Below, piece by piece: positions 12,672 through 26,223 of a stretch of DNA of 64,000 nucleotides; positions within the stretch are counted from its first letter, which is position 1, and each line of letters starts with the position of its first letter. The stretch lies in contig OZ059896.1 of assembly GCA_964057225.1 (NCBI GenBank), positions 3,596,001 to 3,660,000 on the forward strand, given 5' to 3'. A program made the translations under genes and the position numbers. The DNA comes from Auanema rhodensis (lineage: Eukaryota > Animalia > Nematoda). The notes beneath the pieces were generated by a model that worked only from the letters and a program-made list of their open reading frames with translations, made no database searches and had not been told where the DNA came from.

Positions 12672-14079
12672 AAGTGCACATCACGTGTACATTTAATTAG
12701 CATAAATTAAAGTTCACGTAAATTTCAAAGTCATGGTTACCATGAACCAATATCAATAAAAATTTGTTTTTAGACTAATATGGACATGGGGAATCTAATT
12801 TTGAAAACCGCATCTCTTTATCTTTCAAGTGAAGCGAGTTACATACCAAGTGCACATCACGTGTACATTTAATTAGCATAAATTAAAGTTCACGTAAATT
12901 TCAAAGTCATGGTTACCATGAACCAATATCAATAAAAATTTGTTTTCAGACTAATTTGGACATGGGGAATCTAATTTTGAAAACCGCATCTCTTTATCTT
13001 TCACGTGAAGCGAGTTACATACCAAGTGCACATCACGTGTACATTTAATTAGCATAAAGTAAAGTTCACGTAAATTTCAAAGTCATGGTTACCATGCACC
13101 AATATCAATAAAAATTTGTTTTTAGACTAATATGGACATGGGGAATCTAATTTTGAAAATCGCATCTCTTTATCTTTCACGTGAAGCGAGTTACATACCA
13201 AGTGCACATCACGTGTACATTTAATTAGCATAAATTAAAGTTCACGTAAATTTCAAAGTCATGGTTACCATGAACCAATATCAATAAAAATTTGTTTTTA
13301 GACTAATATGGACATGGGGAATCTAATTTTGAAAACCGCATCTCTTTATCTTTCACGTGAAGCGAGTTACATACCAAGTGCACATCACGTGTACATTTAA
13401 TTAGCATAAATTAAAGTTCACGTAAATTTCAAAGTCATGGTTACCATGAACCAATATCAATAAAAATTTGTTTTTAGACTAATATGGACATGGGGAATCT
13501 AATTTTGAAAACCGCATCTCTTTATCTTTCAAGTGAAGCGAGTTACATACCAAGTGCACATCACGTGTACATTTAATTAGCATAAATTAAAGTTCACGTA
13601 AATTTCAAAGTCATGGTTACCATGAACCAATATCAATAAAAATTTGTTTTCAGACTAATTTGGACATGGGGAATCTAATTTTGAAAACCGCATCTCTTTA
13701 TCTTTCACGTGAAGCGAGTTACATACCAAGTGCACATCACGTGTACATTTAATTAGCATAAAGTAAAGTTCACGTAAATTTCAAAGTCATGGTTACCATG
13801 CACCAATATCAATAAAAATTTGTTTTTAGACTAATATGGACATGGGGAATCTAATTTTGAAAATCGCATCTCTTTATCTTTCACGTGAAGCGAGTTACAT
13901 ACCTAGTGCACATCACGTGTACATTTAATTAGCATAAATTAAAGTTCACGTAAATTTCAAAGTCATGGTTACCATGAACCAATATCAATAAAAATTTGTT
14001 TTTAGACTAATATGGACATGGGGAATCTAATTTTGAAAACCGCATCTCTTTATCTTTCACGTGAAGCGAGTTACATATA
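12672..14079 (+). repeat. 4-monomer block (704 bp) x2
   Basis: Order [A74+C157A],[A74+T100C+A109T],[T36G+C137T],[A74] at 12672 and again at 13376. Confidence 0.75.
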
Positions 14080-16015
14080 AAGTGCACATCACGTGTACAT
14101 TTAATTAGCATAAATTAAAGTTCACGTAAAATTCAAAGTCATGGTTACCATGAACCAATATCGATAAAAATTTGTTTTTAAACTAATATGGACATGGGGA
14201 AACTAATTTTGAAAACCGCATCTCTTTATCTTTCAAGTGAAGCGAGTTACATACCAAGTGCACATCACGTGTACATTTAATTAGCATAAATTAAAGTTCA
14301 CGTAAATTTCAAAGTCATGGTTACCATGAACCAATATCAATAAAAATTTGTTTTTAAACTAATATGGACATGGGGATTCTAATTTTGAAAACCGCATCTC
14401 TTTATCTTTCACGTGAAGCGAGTTACATACCAAGTGCACATCACGTGTACATTTAATTAGCATAAATTAAAGTTCACGTAAATTTCAAAGTCATGGTTAC
14501 CATGCACCAATATTAATAAAAATTTGTTTTTAGACTAATATGGACATGGGGAATCTAATTTTGAAAACCGCATCTCTTTATCTTTCACGTGAAGCGAGTT
14601 ACATACCAAGTGCACATCACGTGTACATTTAATTAGCATAAATTAAAGTTCACGTAAATTTCAAAGTCATGGTTACCATGAACCAATATCAATAAAAATT
14701 TGTTTTTAGACTAATATGGACATGGGGAATCTAATTTTGAAAACCGCATCTCTTTATCTTTCACGTGAAGCGAGTTACATACCAAGTGCACATCACGTGT
14801 ACATTTAATTAGCATAAATTAAAGTTCACGTAAATTTCAAAGTCATGGTTACCATGCACCAATATCAATAAAAATTTGTTTTTAGACTAATATGGACATG
14901 GAGAATCTAATTTTGAAAACCGCATCTCTTTATCTTTCACGTGAAGCGAGTTACATACCAAGTGCACATCACGTGTACATTTAATTAGCATAAATTAAAG
15001 TTCACGTAAATTTCAAAGTCATGGTTACCATGCACCAATATCAATAAAAATTTGTTTTTAGACTGATATGGACATGGGGAATCTAATTTTGAAAACCGCA
15101 TCTCTTTATCTTTCACGTGAAGCGAGTTACATACCAAGTGCACATCACGTGTACACTTAATTAGCATAAATTAAAGTTCACGTAAATTTCAAAGTCATGG
15201 TTACCATGCACCAATATCAATAAAAATTTGTTTTTAGACTAATATGGACATGGGGAATCTAATTTTGAAAACCGCATCTCTTTATCTTTCAAGTGAAGCG
15301 AGTTACATACCAAGTGCACATCACGTGTACATTTAATTAGCATAAATTAAAGTTCACGTAAATTTCAAAGTCATGGTTACCATGCACCAATATCAATAAA
15401 AATTTGTTTTTAGACTAATATGGACATGGGGAATCTAATTTTGAAAACCGCATCTCTTTATCTTTCACGTGAAGCGAGTTACATACCAAGTGCACATCAC
15501 GTGTACATTTAATTAGCATAAATTAAAGTTCACGTAAAATTCAAAGTCATGGTTACCATGAACCAATATCAATAAAAATTTGTTTTTAAACTAATATGGA
15601 CATGGGGAATCTAATTTTGAAAACCGCATCTCTTTATCTTTCACGTGAAGCGAGTTACATACCTAGTGCACATCACGTGTACATTTAATTAGCATAAATT
15701 AAAGTTCACGTAAATTTCAAAGTCATGGTTACCATGAACCAATATCAATAACAATTTGTTTTTAGACTAATTTGGACATGGGGAATCTAATTTTGAAAAC
15801 CGCATCTCTTTATCTTTCAAGTGAAGCGAGTTACATACCAAGTGCACATCACGTGTACATTTAATTAGCATAAATTAAAGTTCACGTAAATTTCAAAGTC
15901 ATGGTTACCATGAACCAATATCAATAAAAAATTGTTTTCAAACTAATATGGACATGGGGAATCTAATTTTGAAAACCGCATCTCTTTATCTTTCAAGTGA
16001 AGCGAGTTACGTACC

Positions 16016-19000
16016 AAGTGCACATCACGTGTACATTTAATTAGCATAAATTAAAGTTCACGTAAATTTCAAAGTCATGGTTACCATGAACCAATATCAA
16101 TAAAAATTTGTTTTTAAACTAATATGGACATGGGGATTCTAATTTTGAAAACCGCATCTCTTTATCTTTCACGTGAAGCGAGTTACATATAAAGTGCACA
16201 TCACGTGTACATTTAATTAGCATAAATTAAAGTTCACGTAAAATTCAAAGTCATGGTTATCATGAACCAATATCAATAAAAATTTGTTTTTAAACTAATA
16301 TGGACATGGGGAATCTAATTTTGAAAACCGCATCTCTTTATCTTTCACGTGAAGCGAGTTACATACCTAGTGCACATCACGTGTACATTTAATTAGCATA
16401 AATTAAAGTTCACGTAAATTTCAAAGTCATGGTTACCATGAACCAATATCAATAAAAATTTGTTTTTAGACTAATATGGACATGGGGAATCTAATTTTGA
16501 AAACCGCATCTCTTTATCTTTCACGTGAAGCGAGTTACATATAAAGTGCACATCACGTGTACATTTAATTAGCATAAATTAAAGTTCACGTAAATTTCAA
16601 AGTCATGGTTACCATGCACCAATATTAATAAAAATTGGTTTTTAGACTAATATGGACATGGGGAATCTAATTTTGAAAACTGCATCTCTTTATCTTTCAC
16701 GTGAAGCGAGTTACATACCAAGTGCACATCACGTGTACACTTAATTAGCATAAATTAAAGTTCACGTTAATTTCAAAGTCATGGTTACCATGAACCAATA
16801 TCAATAAAAATTTGTTTTTAGACTAATATGGACATGGGGAATCTAATTTTGAAAACCGCATCTCTTTATCTTTCACGTGAAGCGAGTTACATATAAAGTG
16901 CACATCACGTGTACATTTAATTAGCATAAATTAAAGTTCACGTAAATTTCAAAGTCATGGTTACCATGCACCAATATTAATAAAAATTTGTTTTTAGACT
17001 AATATGGACATGGGGAATCTAATTTTGAAAACCGCATCTCTTTATCTTTCACGTGAAGCGAGTTACATACCAAGTGCACATCACGTGTACACTAAATTAG
17101 CATAAATTAAAGTTCACGTTAATTTCAAAGTCATGGTTACCATGCACCAATATCAATAAAAATTTGTTTTTAGACTAATTTGGACATGGGGAACCTAATT
17201 TTGAAAACCGCATCTCTTTATCTTTCACGTGAGGCGAGTTACATACCAAGTGCACATCACGTGTACATTTAATTAGCATAAATTAAAGTTCACGTAAATT
17301 TCAAAGTCATGGTTACCATGAACCAATATCAATAAAAATTTGTTTTTAGACTAATATGGACATGGGGAATCTAATTTTGAAAACCGCATCTCTTTATCTT
17401 TCACGTGAAGCGAGTTACATATAAAGTGCACATCACGTGTACATTTAATTAGCATAAATTAAAGTTCACGTAAAATTCAAAGTCATGGTTACCATGAACC
17501 AATATCAATAAAAATTTGTTTTTAAACTAATATGGACATGGGGAAACTAATTTTGAAAACCGCATCTCTTTATCTTTCAAGTGAAGCGAGTTACATACCA
17601 AGTGCACATCACGTGTACATTTAATTAGCATAAATTAAAGTTCACGTAAATTTCAAAGTCATGGTTACCATGAACCAATATCAATAAAAATTTGTTTTTA
17701 AACTAATATGGACATGGGGATTCTAATTTTGAAAACCGCATCTCTTTATCTTTCACGTGAAGCGAGTTACATATAAAGTGCACATCACGTGTACATTTAA
17801 TTAGCATAAATTAAAGTTCACGTAAAATTCAAAGTCATGGTTACCATGAACCAATATCAATAAAAATTTGTTTTTAAACTAATATGGACATGGGGAATCT
17901 AATTTTGAAAACCGCATCTCTTTATCTTTCACGTGAAGCGAGTTACATACCTAGTGCACATCACGTGTAGATTTAATTAGCATAAATTAAAGTTCACGTA
18001 AATTTCAAAGTCATGGTTACCATGAACCAATATCAATAAAAATTTGTTTTTAGACTAATATGGACATGGGGAATCTAATTTTGAAAACCGCATCTCTTTA
18101 TCTTTCACGTGAAGCGAGTTACATATAAAGTGCACATCACGTGTACATTTAATTAGCATAAATTAAAGTTCACGTAAATTTCAAAGTCATGGTTACCATG
18201 CACCAATATTAATAAAAATTGGTTTTTAGACTAATATGGACATGGGGAATCTAATTTTGAAAACTGCATCTCTTTATCTTTCACGTGAAGCGAGTTACAT
18301 ACCAAGTGCACATCACGTGTACACTTAATTAGCATAAATTAAAGTTCACGTTAATTTCAAAGTCATGGTTACCATGAACCAATATCAATAAAAATTTGTT
18401 TTTAGACTAATATGGACATGGGGAATCTAATTTTGAAAACCGCATCTCTTTATCTTTCACGTGAAGCGAGTTACATATAAAGTGCACATCACGTGTACAT
18501 TTAATTAGCATAAATTAAAGTTCACGTAAATTTCAAAGTCATGGTTACCATGCACCAATATTAATAAAAATTTGTTTTTAGACTAATATGGACATGGGGA
18601 ATCTAATTTTGAAAATCGCATCTCTTTATCTTTCACGTGAAGCGAGTTACATACCAAGTGCACATCACGTGTAGATTTAATTAGCATAAATTAAAGTTCA
18701 CGTAAATTTCAAAGTCATGGTTACCATGAACCAATATCAATAAAAATTTGTTTTTAGACTAATATGGACATGGGGAATCTAATTTTGAAAACCGCATCTC
18801 TTTATCTTTCACGTGAAGCGAGTTACATATAAAGTGCACATCACGTGTACATTTAATTAGCATAAATTAAAGTTCACGTAAATTTCAAAGTCATGGTTAC
18901 CATGCACCAATATTAATAAAAATTGGTTTTTAGACTAATATGGACATGGGGAATCTAATTTTGAAAACTGCATCTCTTTATCTTTCACGTGAAGCGAGTT

Positions 19001-19535
19001 ACATACCAAGTGCACATCACGTGTACACTTAATTAGCATAAATTAAAGTTCACGTTAATTTCAAAGTCATGGTTACCATGAACCAATATCAATAAAAATT
19101 TGTTTTTAGACTAATATGGACATGGGGAATCTAATTTTGAAAACCGCATCTCTTTATCTTTCACGTGAAGCGAGTTACATATAAAGTGCACATCACGTGT
19201 ACATTTAATTAGCATAAATTAAAGTTCACGTAAATTTCAAAGTCATGGTTACCATGCACCAATATTAATAAAAATTTGTTTTTAGACTAATATGGACATG
19301 GGGAATCTAATTTTGAAAACCGCATCTCTTTATCTTTCACGTGAAGCGAGTTACATACCAAGTGCACATCACGTGTACACTAAATTAGCATAAATTAAAG
19401 TTCACGTTAATTTCAAAGTCATGGTTACCATGCACCAATATCAATAAAAATTTGTTTTTAGACTAATTTGGACATGGGGAACCTAATTTTGAAAACCGCA
19501 TCTCTTTATCTTTCACGTGAGGCGAGTTACATACC
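16016..19535 (+). repeat. 9-monomer duplication with a nested 4-monomer duplication
   Basis: C138T (AACTGC) at 16681, 18265 (+1584 = 9 units) and 18969 (+704 = 4 units). A162G (GAGGCG) at 17233 and 19521 (+2288 = 13 units). Confidence 0.85.
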
Positions 19536-20767
19536 AAGTGCACATCACGTGTACATTTAATTAGCATAAATTAAAGTTCACGTAAATTTCAAAGTCATGG
19601 TTACCATGAACCAATATCAATAAAAATTTGTTTTTAGACTAATATGGACATGGGGAATCTAATTTTGAAAACCGCATCTCTTTATCTTTCAAGTGAAGCG
19701 AGTTACATACCAAGTGCACATCACGTGTACATTTAATTAGCATAAATTAAAGTTCACGTAAATTTCAAATTCATGGTTACCATGAACCAATATCAATAAA
19801 AATTTGTTTTTAAACTAATATGGACATGGGGATTCTAATTTTGAAAACCGCATCTCTTTATCTTTCACGTGAAGCGAGTTACATACCTAGTGCACATCAC
19901 GTGTACATTTAATTAGCATAAATTAAAGTTCACGTAAATTTCAAAGTCATGGTTACCATGAACCAATATCAATAAAAATTTGTTTTTAGACTAATTTGGA
20001 CATGGGGAATCTAATTTTGAAAACCGCATCTCTTTATCTTTCAAGTGAAGCGAGTTACATACCAAGTGCACATCACGTGTACATTTAATTAGCATAAATT
20101 AAAGTTCACGTAAATTTCAAATTCATGGTTACCATGAACCAATATCAATAAAAATTTGTTTTTAAACTAATATGGACATGGGGAATCTAATTTTGAAAAC
20201 CGCATCTCTTTATCTTTCACGTGAAGCGAGTTACATACCTAGTGCACATCACGTGTACATTTAATTAGCATAAATTAAAGTTCACGTAAATTTCAAATTC
20301 ATGGTTACCATGAACCAATATCAATAAAAATTTGTTTTTAAACTAATATGGACATGGGGATTCTAATTTTGAAAACCGCATCTCTTTATCTTTCACGTGA
20401 AGCGAGTTACATACCTAGTGCACATCACGTGTACATTTAATTAGCATAAATTAAAGTTCACGTAAATTTCAAAGTCATGGTTACCATGAACCAATATCAA
20501 TAAAAATTTGTTTTTAGACTAATTTGGACATGGGGAATCTAATTTTGAAAACCGCATCTCTTTATCTTTCAAGTGAAGCGAGTTACATACCAAGTGCACA
20601 TCACGTGTACATTTAATTAGCATAAATTAAAGTTCACGTAAATTTCAAAGTCATGGTTACCATACACCAATATTAATAAAAATTTGTTTTTAGACTAATA
20701 TGGACATGGGGAATCTAATTTTGAAAACCGCATCTCTTCATCTTTCACGTGAAGCGAGTTACATACC

Positions 20768-23700
20768 AAGTGCACATCACGTGTACATTTAATTAGCATA
20801 AATTAAAGTTCACGTAAATTTCAAAGTCATGGTTACCATGAACCAATATCAATAAAAATTTGTTTTTAGGCTAATTTGGACATGGGGAATCTAATTTTGA
20901 AAACCGCATCTCTTTATCTTTCAAGTGAAGCGAGTTACATACCAAGTGCACATCACGTGTACATATAATTAGCATAAATTAAAGTTCACGTAAATTTCAA
21001 AGTCATGGTTACCATACACCAATATTAATAAAAATTTGTTTTTAGACTAATATGGACATGGGGAATCTAATTTTGAAAACCGCATCTCTTTATCTTTCAC
21101 GTGAAGCGAGTTACATACCAAGTGCACATCACGTGTACATTTAATTAGCATAAATTAAAGTTCACGTAAATTTCAAAGTCATGGTTACCATGAACCAATA
21201 TCAATAAAAATTTGTTTTTAGACTAATATGGACATGGGGAATCTAATTTTGAAAACCGCATCTCTTTATCTTTCACGTGAAGCGAGTTACATACCAAGTG
21301 CACATCACGTGTACATTTAATTAGCATAAATTAAAGTTCACGTAAATTTCAAAGTCATGGTTACCATGCACCAATATCAATAAAAATTTGTTTTTAAACT
21401 AATATGGACATGGGGAATCTAATTTTGAAAACCGCATCTCTTTATCTTTCACGTGAAGCGAGTTACATACCTAGTGCACATCACGTGTACATTTAATTAG
21501 AATAAATTAAAGTTCACGTAAATTTCAAAGTCATGGTTACCATGAACCAATATTAATAAAAATTTGTTTTTAGACTAATTTGGACATGGGGAATCTAATT
21601 TTGAAAACCGCATCTCTTTATCTTTCAAGTGAAGCGAGTTACATACCGAGTGCACATCACGTGTACATTTAATTAGCATAAATTAAAGTTCACGTAAATT
21701 TCAAAGTCATGGTTACCATGCACCAATATCAATAAAAATTTGTTTTTAGACTAATTTGGACATGGGGAATCTAATTTTGAAAACCGCATCTCTTTATCTT
21801 TCAAGTGAAGCGAGTTACATACCAAGTGCACATCACGTGTACATTTAATCAGCATAAATTAAAGTTCACGTAAATTTCAAAGTCATGGTTACCATGAACC
21901 AATATCAATAAAAATTTGTTTTTAAACTAATATGGACATGGGGAATCTAATTTTGAAAACCGCATCTCTTTATCTTTCACGTGAAGCGAGTTACATACCT
22001 AGAGCACATCACGTGTACATTTAATTAGCATAAATTAAAGTTCGCGTAAATTTCAAAGTGATGGTTACCATGAACCAATATCAATAAAAATTTGTTTTTA
22101 AACTAATATGGACATGGGGAATCTTATTTTGAAAACCGCATCCCTTTATCTTTCACGTGAAGCGAGTTACATACCTAGTGCACATCACGTGTACATTTAA
22201 TTAGCATAAATTAAAGTTCACGTAAATTTCAAAGTCATGGTTACCATGCACCAATATCAATAAAAATTTGTTTTCAAACTAATATGGACATGGGGATTCT
22301 AATTTTGAAAACCGCATCTCTTTATCTTTCACGTGAAGCGAGTTACATACCTAGTGCACATCACGTGTACATTTAATTAGCATAAATTAAAGTTCACGTA
22401 AATTTCAAAGTCATGGTTACCATGAACCAATATCAATAAAAATTTGTTTTTAGACTAATTTGGACATGGGGAATCTAATTTTGAAAACCGCATCTCTTTA
22501 TCTTTCACGTGAAGCGAGTTACATATAAAGTGCACATCACGTGTACATTTAATTAGCATAAATTAAAGTTCACGTAAATTTCAAAGTCATGGTTACCATG
22601 CACCAATATTAATAAAAATTTGTTTTTAGACTAATTTGGACATGGGGAATCTAATTTTGAAAACCGCATCTCTTTATCTTTCACGTGAAGCGAGTTACAT
22701 ATAAAGTGCACATCACGTGTACATTTAATTAGCATAAATTAAAGTTCACGTAAATTTCAAAGTCATGGTTACCATGCACCAATATTAATAAAAATTTGTT
22801 TTTAGACTAATTTGGACATGGGGAATCTAATTTTGAAAACCGCATCTCTTTATCTTTCACGTGAAGCGAGTTACATACCAAGTGCACATCACGTGTACAT
22901 TTAATTAGCATAAATTAAAGTTCACGTAAATTTCAAAGTCATGGTTACCATGAACCAATATCAATAAAAATTTGTTTTTAGACTAATATGGACATGGGGA
23001 ATCTAATTTTGAAAACCGAATCTCTTTATCTTTCACGTGAAGCGAGTTACATACCAAGTGCACATCACGTGTACATTTAATTAGCATAAATTAAAGTTCA
23101 CGTAAATTTCAAAGTCATGGTTACCATGAACCAATATCAATAAAAATTTGTTTTTAGACTAATATGGACATGGGGAATCTAATTTTGAAAACCGAATCTC
23201 TTTATCTTTCACGTGAAGCGAGTTACATACCAAGTGCACATCACGTGTACATTTAATTAGCATAAATTAAAGTTCACGTAAATTTCAAAGTCATGGTTAC
23301 CATGAACCAATATCAATAAAAATTTGTTTTTAGGCTAATTTGGACATGGGGAATCTAATTTTGAAAACCGCATCTCTTTATCTTTCAAGTGAAGCGAGTT
23401 ACATACCAAGTGCACATCACGTGTACATATAATTAGCATAAATTAAAGTTCACGTAAATTTCAAAGTCATGGTTACCATACACCAATATTAATAAAAATT
23501 TGTTTTTAGACTAATATGGACATGGGGAATCTAATTTTGAAAACCGCATCTCTTTATCTTTCACGTGAAGCGAGTTACATACCAAGTGCACATCACGTGT
23601 ACATTTAATTAGCATAAATTAAAGTTCACGTAAATTTCAAAGTCATGGTTACCATGAACCAATATCAATAAAAATTTGTTTTTAGACTAATATGGACATG

Positions 23701-26223
23701 GGGAATCTAATTTTGAAAACCGCATCTCTTTATCTTTCACGTGAAGCGAGTTACATACCAAGTGCACATCACGTGTACATTTAATTAGCATAAATTAAAG
23801 TTCACGTAAATTTCAAAGTCATGGTTACCATGCACCAATATCAATAAAAATTTGTTTTTAAACTAATATGGACATGGGGAATCTAATTTTGAAAACCGCA
23901 TCTCTTTATCTTTCACGTGAAGCGAGTTACATACCTAGTGCACATCACGTGTACATTTAATTAGAATAAATTAAAGTTCACGTAAATTTCAAAGTCATGG
24001 TTACCATGAACCAATATCAATAAAAATTTGTTTTTAGACTAATTTGGACATGGGGAATCTAATTTTGAAAACCGCATCTCTTTATCTTTCAAGTGAAGCG
24101 AGTTACATACCGAGTGCACATCACGTGTACATTTATTTAGCATAAATTAAAGTTCACGTAAATTTCAAAGTCATGGTTACCATGCACCAATATCAATAAA
24201 AATTTGTTTTTAGACTAATTTGGACATGGGGAATCTAATTTTGAAAACCGCATCTCTTTATCTTTCAAGTGAAGCGAGTTACATACCAAGTGCACATCAC
24301 GTGTACATTTAATCAGCATAAATTAAAGTTCACGTAAATTTCAAAGTCATGGTTACCATGAACCAATATCAATAAAAATTTGTTTTTAAACTAATATGGA
24401 CATGGGGAATCTAATTTTGAAAACCGCATCTCTTTATCTTTCACGTGAAGCGAGTTACATACCTAGAGCACATCACGTGTACATTTAATTAGCATAAATT
24501 AAAGTTCGCGTAAATTTCAAAGTGATGGTTACCATGAACCAATATCAATAAAAATTTGTTTTTAAACTAATATGGACATGGGGAATCTAATTTTGAAAGC
24601 CGCATCTCTTTATCTTTCACGTGAAGCGAGTTACATACCTAGAGCACATCACGTGTACATTTAATTAGCATAAATTAAAGTTCACGTAAATTTCAAAGTC
24701 ATGGTTACCATGAACCAATATCAATAAAAATTTGTTTTTAAACTAATATGGACATGGGGAATCTAATTTTGAAAACCGCATCTCTTTATCTTTCACGTGA
24801 AGCGAGTTACATACCTAGAGCACATCACGTGTACATTTAATTAGCATAAATTAAAGTTCACGTAAATTTCAAAGTCATGGTTACCATGCACCAATATCAA
24901 TAAAAATTTGTTTTTAAACTAATATGGACATGGGGAATCTAATTTTGAAAGCCGCATCTCTTTATCTTTCACGTGAAGCGAGTTACATACCTAGTGCACA
25001 TCACGTGTACATTTAATTAGAATAAATTAAAGTTCACGTAAATTTCAAAGTCATGGTTACCATGAACCAATATCAATAAAAATTTGTTTTTAGACTAATT
25101 TGGACATGGGGAATCTAATTTTGAAAACCGCATCTCTTTATCTTTCAAGTGAAGCGAGTTACATACCGAGTGCACATCACGTGTACATTTAATTAGCATA
25201 AATTAAAGTTCACGTAAATTTCAAAGTCATGGTTACCATGCACCAATATCAATAAAAATTTGTTTTTAGACTAATTTGGACATGGGGAATCTAATTTTGA
25301 AAACCGCATCTCTTTATCTTTCAAGTGAAGCGAGTTACATACCAAGTGCACATCACGTGTACATTTAATCAGCATAAATTAAAGTTCACGTAAATTTCAA
25401 AGTCATGGTTACCATGAACCAATATCAATAAAAATTTGTTTTTAAACTAATATGGACATGGGGAATCTAATTTTGAAAACCGCATCTCTTTATCTTTCAC
25501 GTGAAGCGAGTTACATACCTAGAGCACATCACGTGTACATTTAATTAGCATAAATTAAAGTTCGCGTAAATTTCAAAGTGATGGTTACCATGAACCAATA
25601 TCAATAAAAATTTGTTTTTAAACTAATATGGACATGGGGAATCTTATTTTGAAAACCGCATCCCTTTATCTTTCACGTGAAGCGAGTTACATACCTAGTG
25701 CACATCACGTGTACATTTAATTAGCATAAATTAAAGTTCACGTAAATTTCAAAGTCATGGTTACCATGCACCAATATCAATAAAAATTTGTTTTCAAACT
25801 AATATGGACATGGGGATTCTAATTTTGAAAACCGCATCTCTTTATCTTTCACGTGAAGCGAGTTACATACCTAGTGCACATCACGTGTACATTTAATTAG
25901 CATAAATTAAAGTTCACGTAAATTTCAAAGTCATGGTTACCATGAACCAATATCAATAAAAATTTGTTTTTAGACTAATTTGGACATGGGGAATCTAATT
26001 TTGAAAACCGCATCTCTTTATCTTTCACGTGAAGCGAGTTACATATAAAGTGCACATCACGTGTACATTTAATTAGCATAAATTAAAGTTCACGTAAATT
26101 TCAAAGTCATGGTTACCATGCACCAATATTAATAAAAATTTGTTTTTAGACTAATTTGGACATGGGGAATCTAATTTTGAAAACCGCATCTCTTTATCTT
26201 TCACGTGAAGCGAGTTACATACC
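20768..26223 (+). repeat. Three related copies of a multi-monomer cassette (offsets 14 and 6 monomers)
   Basis: A45G (TTCGCG) with C61G at 22044, 24508 and 25564, each preceded by the same C30A, A1G and T27C marked monomers. Confidence 0.85.

Noticed and set aside
14985-15167. 60-aa minus-strand ORF (MLIKCTRD...)
   Set aside because: Made by one SNV (A106G at 15065, minus-strand TAG>CAG) in a satellite monomer. 176 is not a multiple of 3, other monomers keep the stop, and there is no recognisable domain or gene context.
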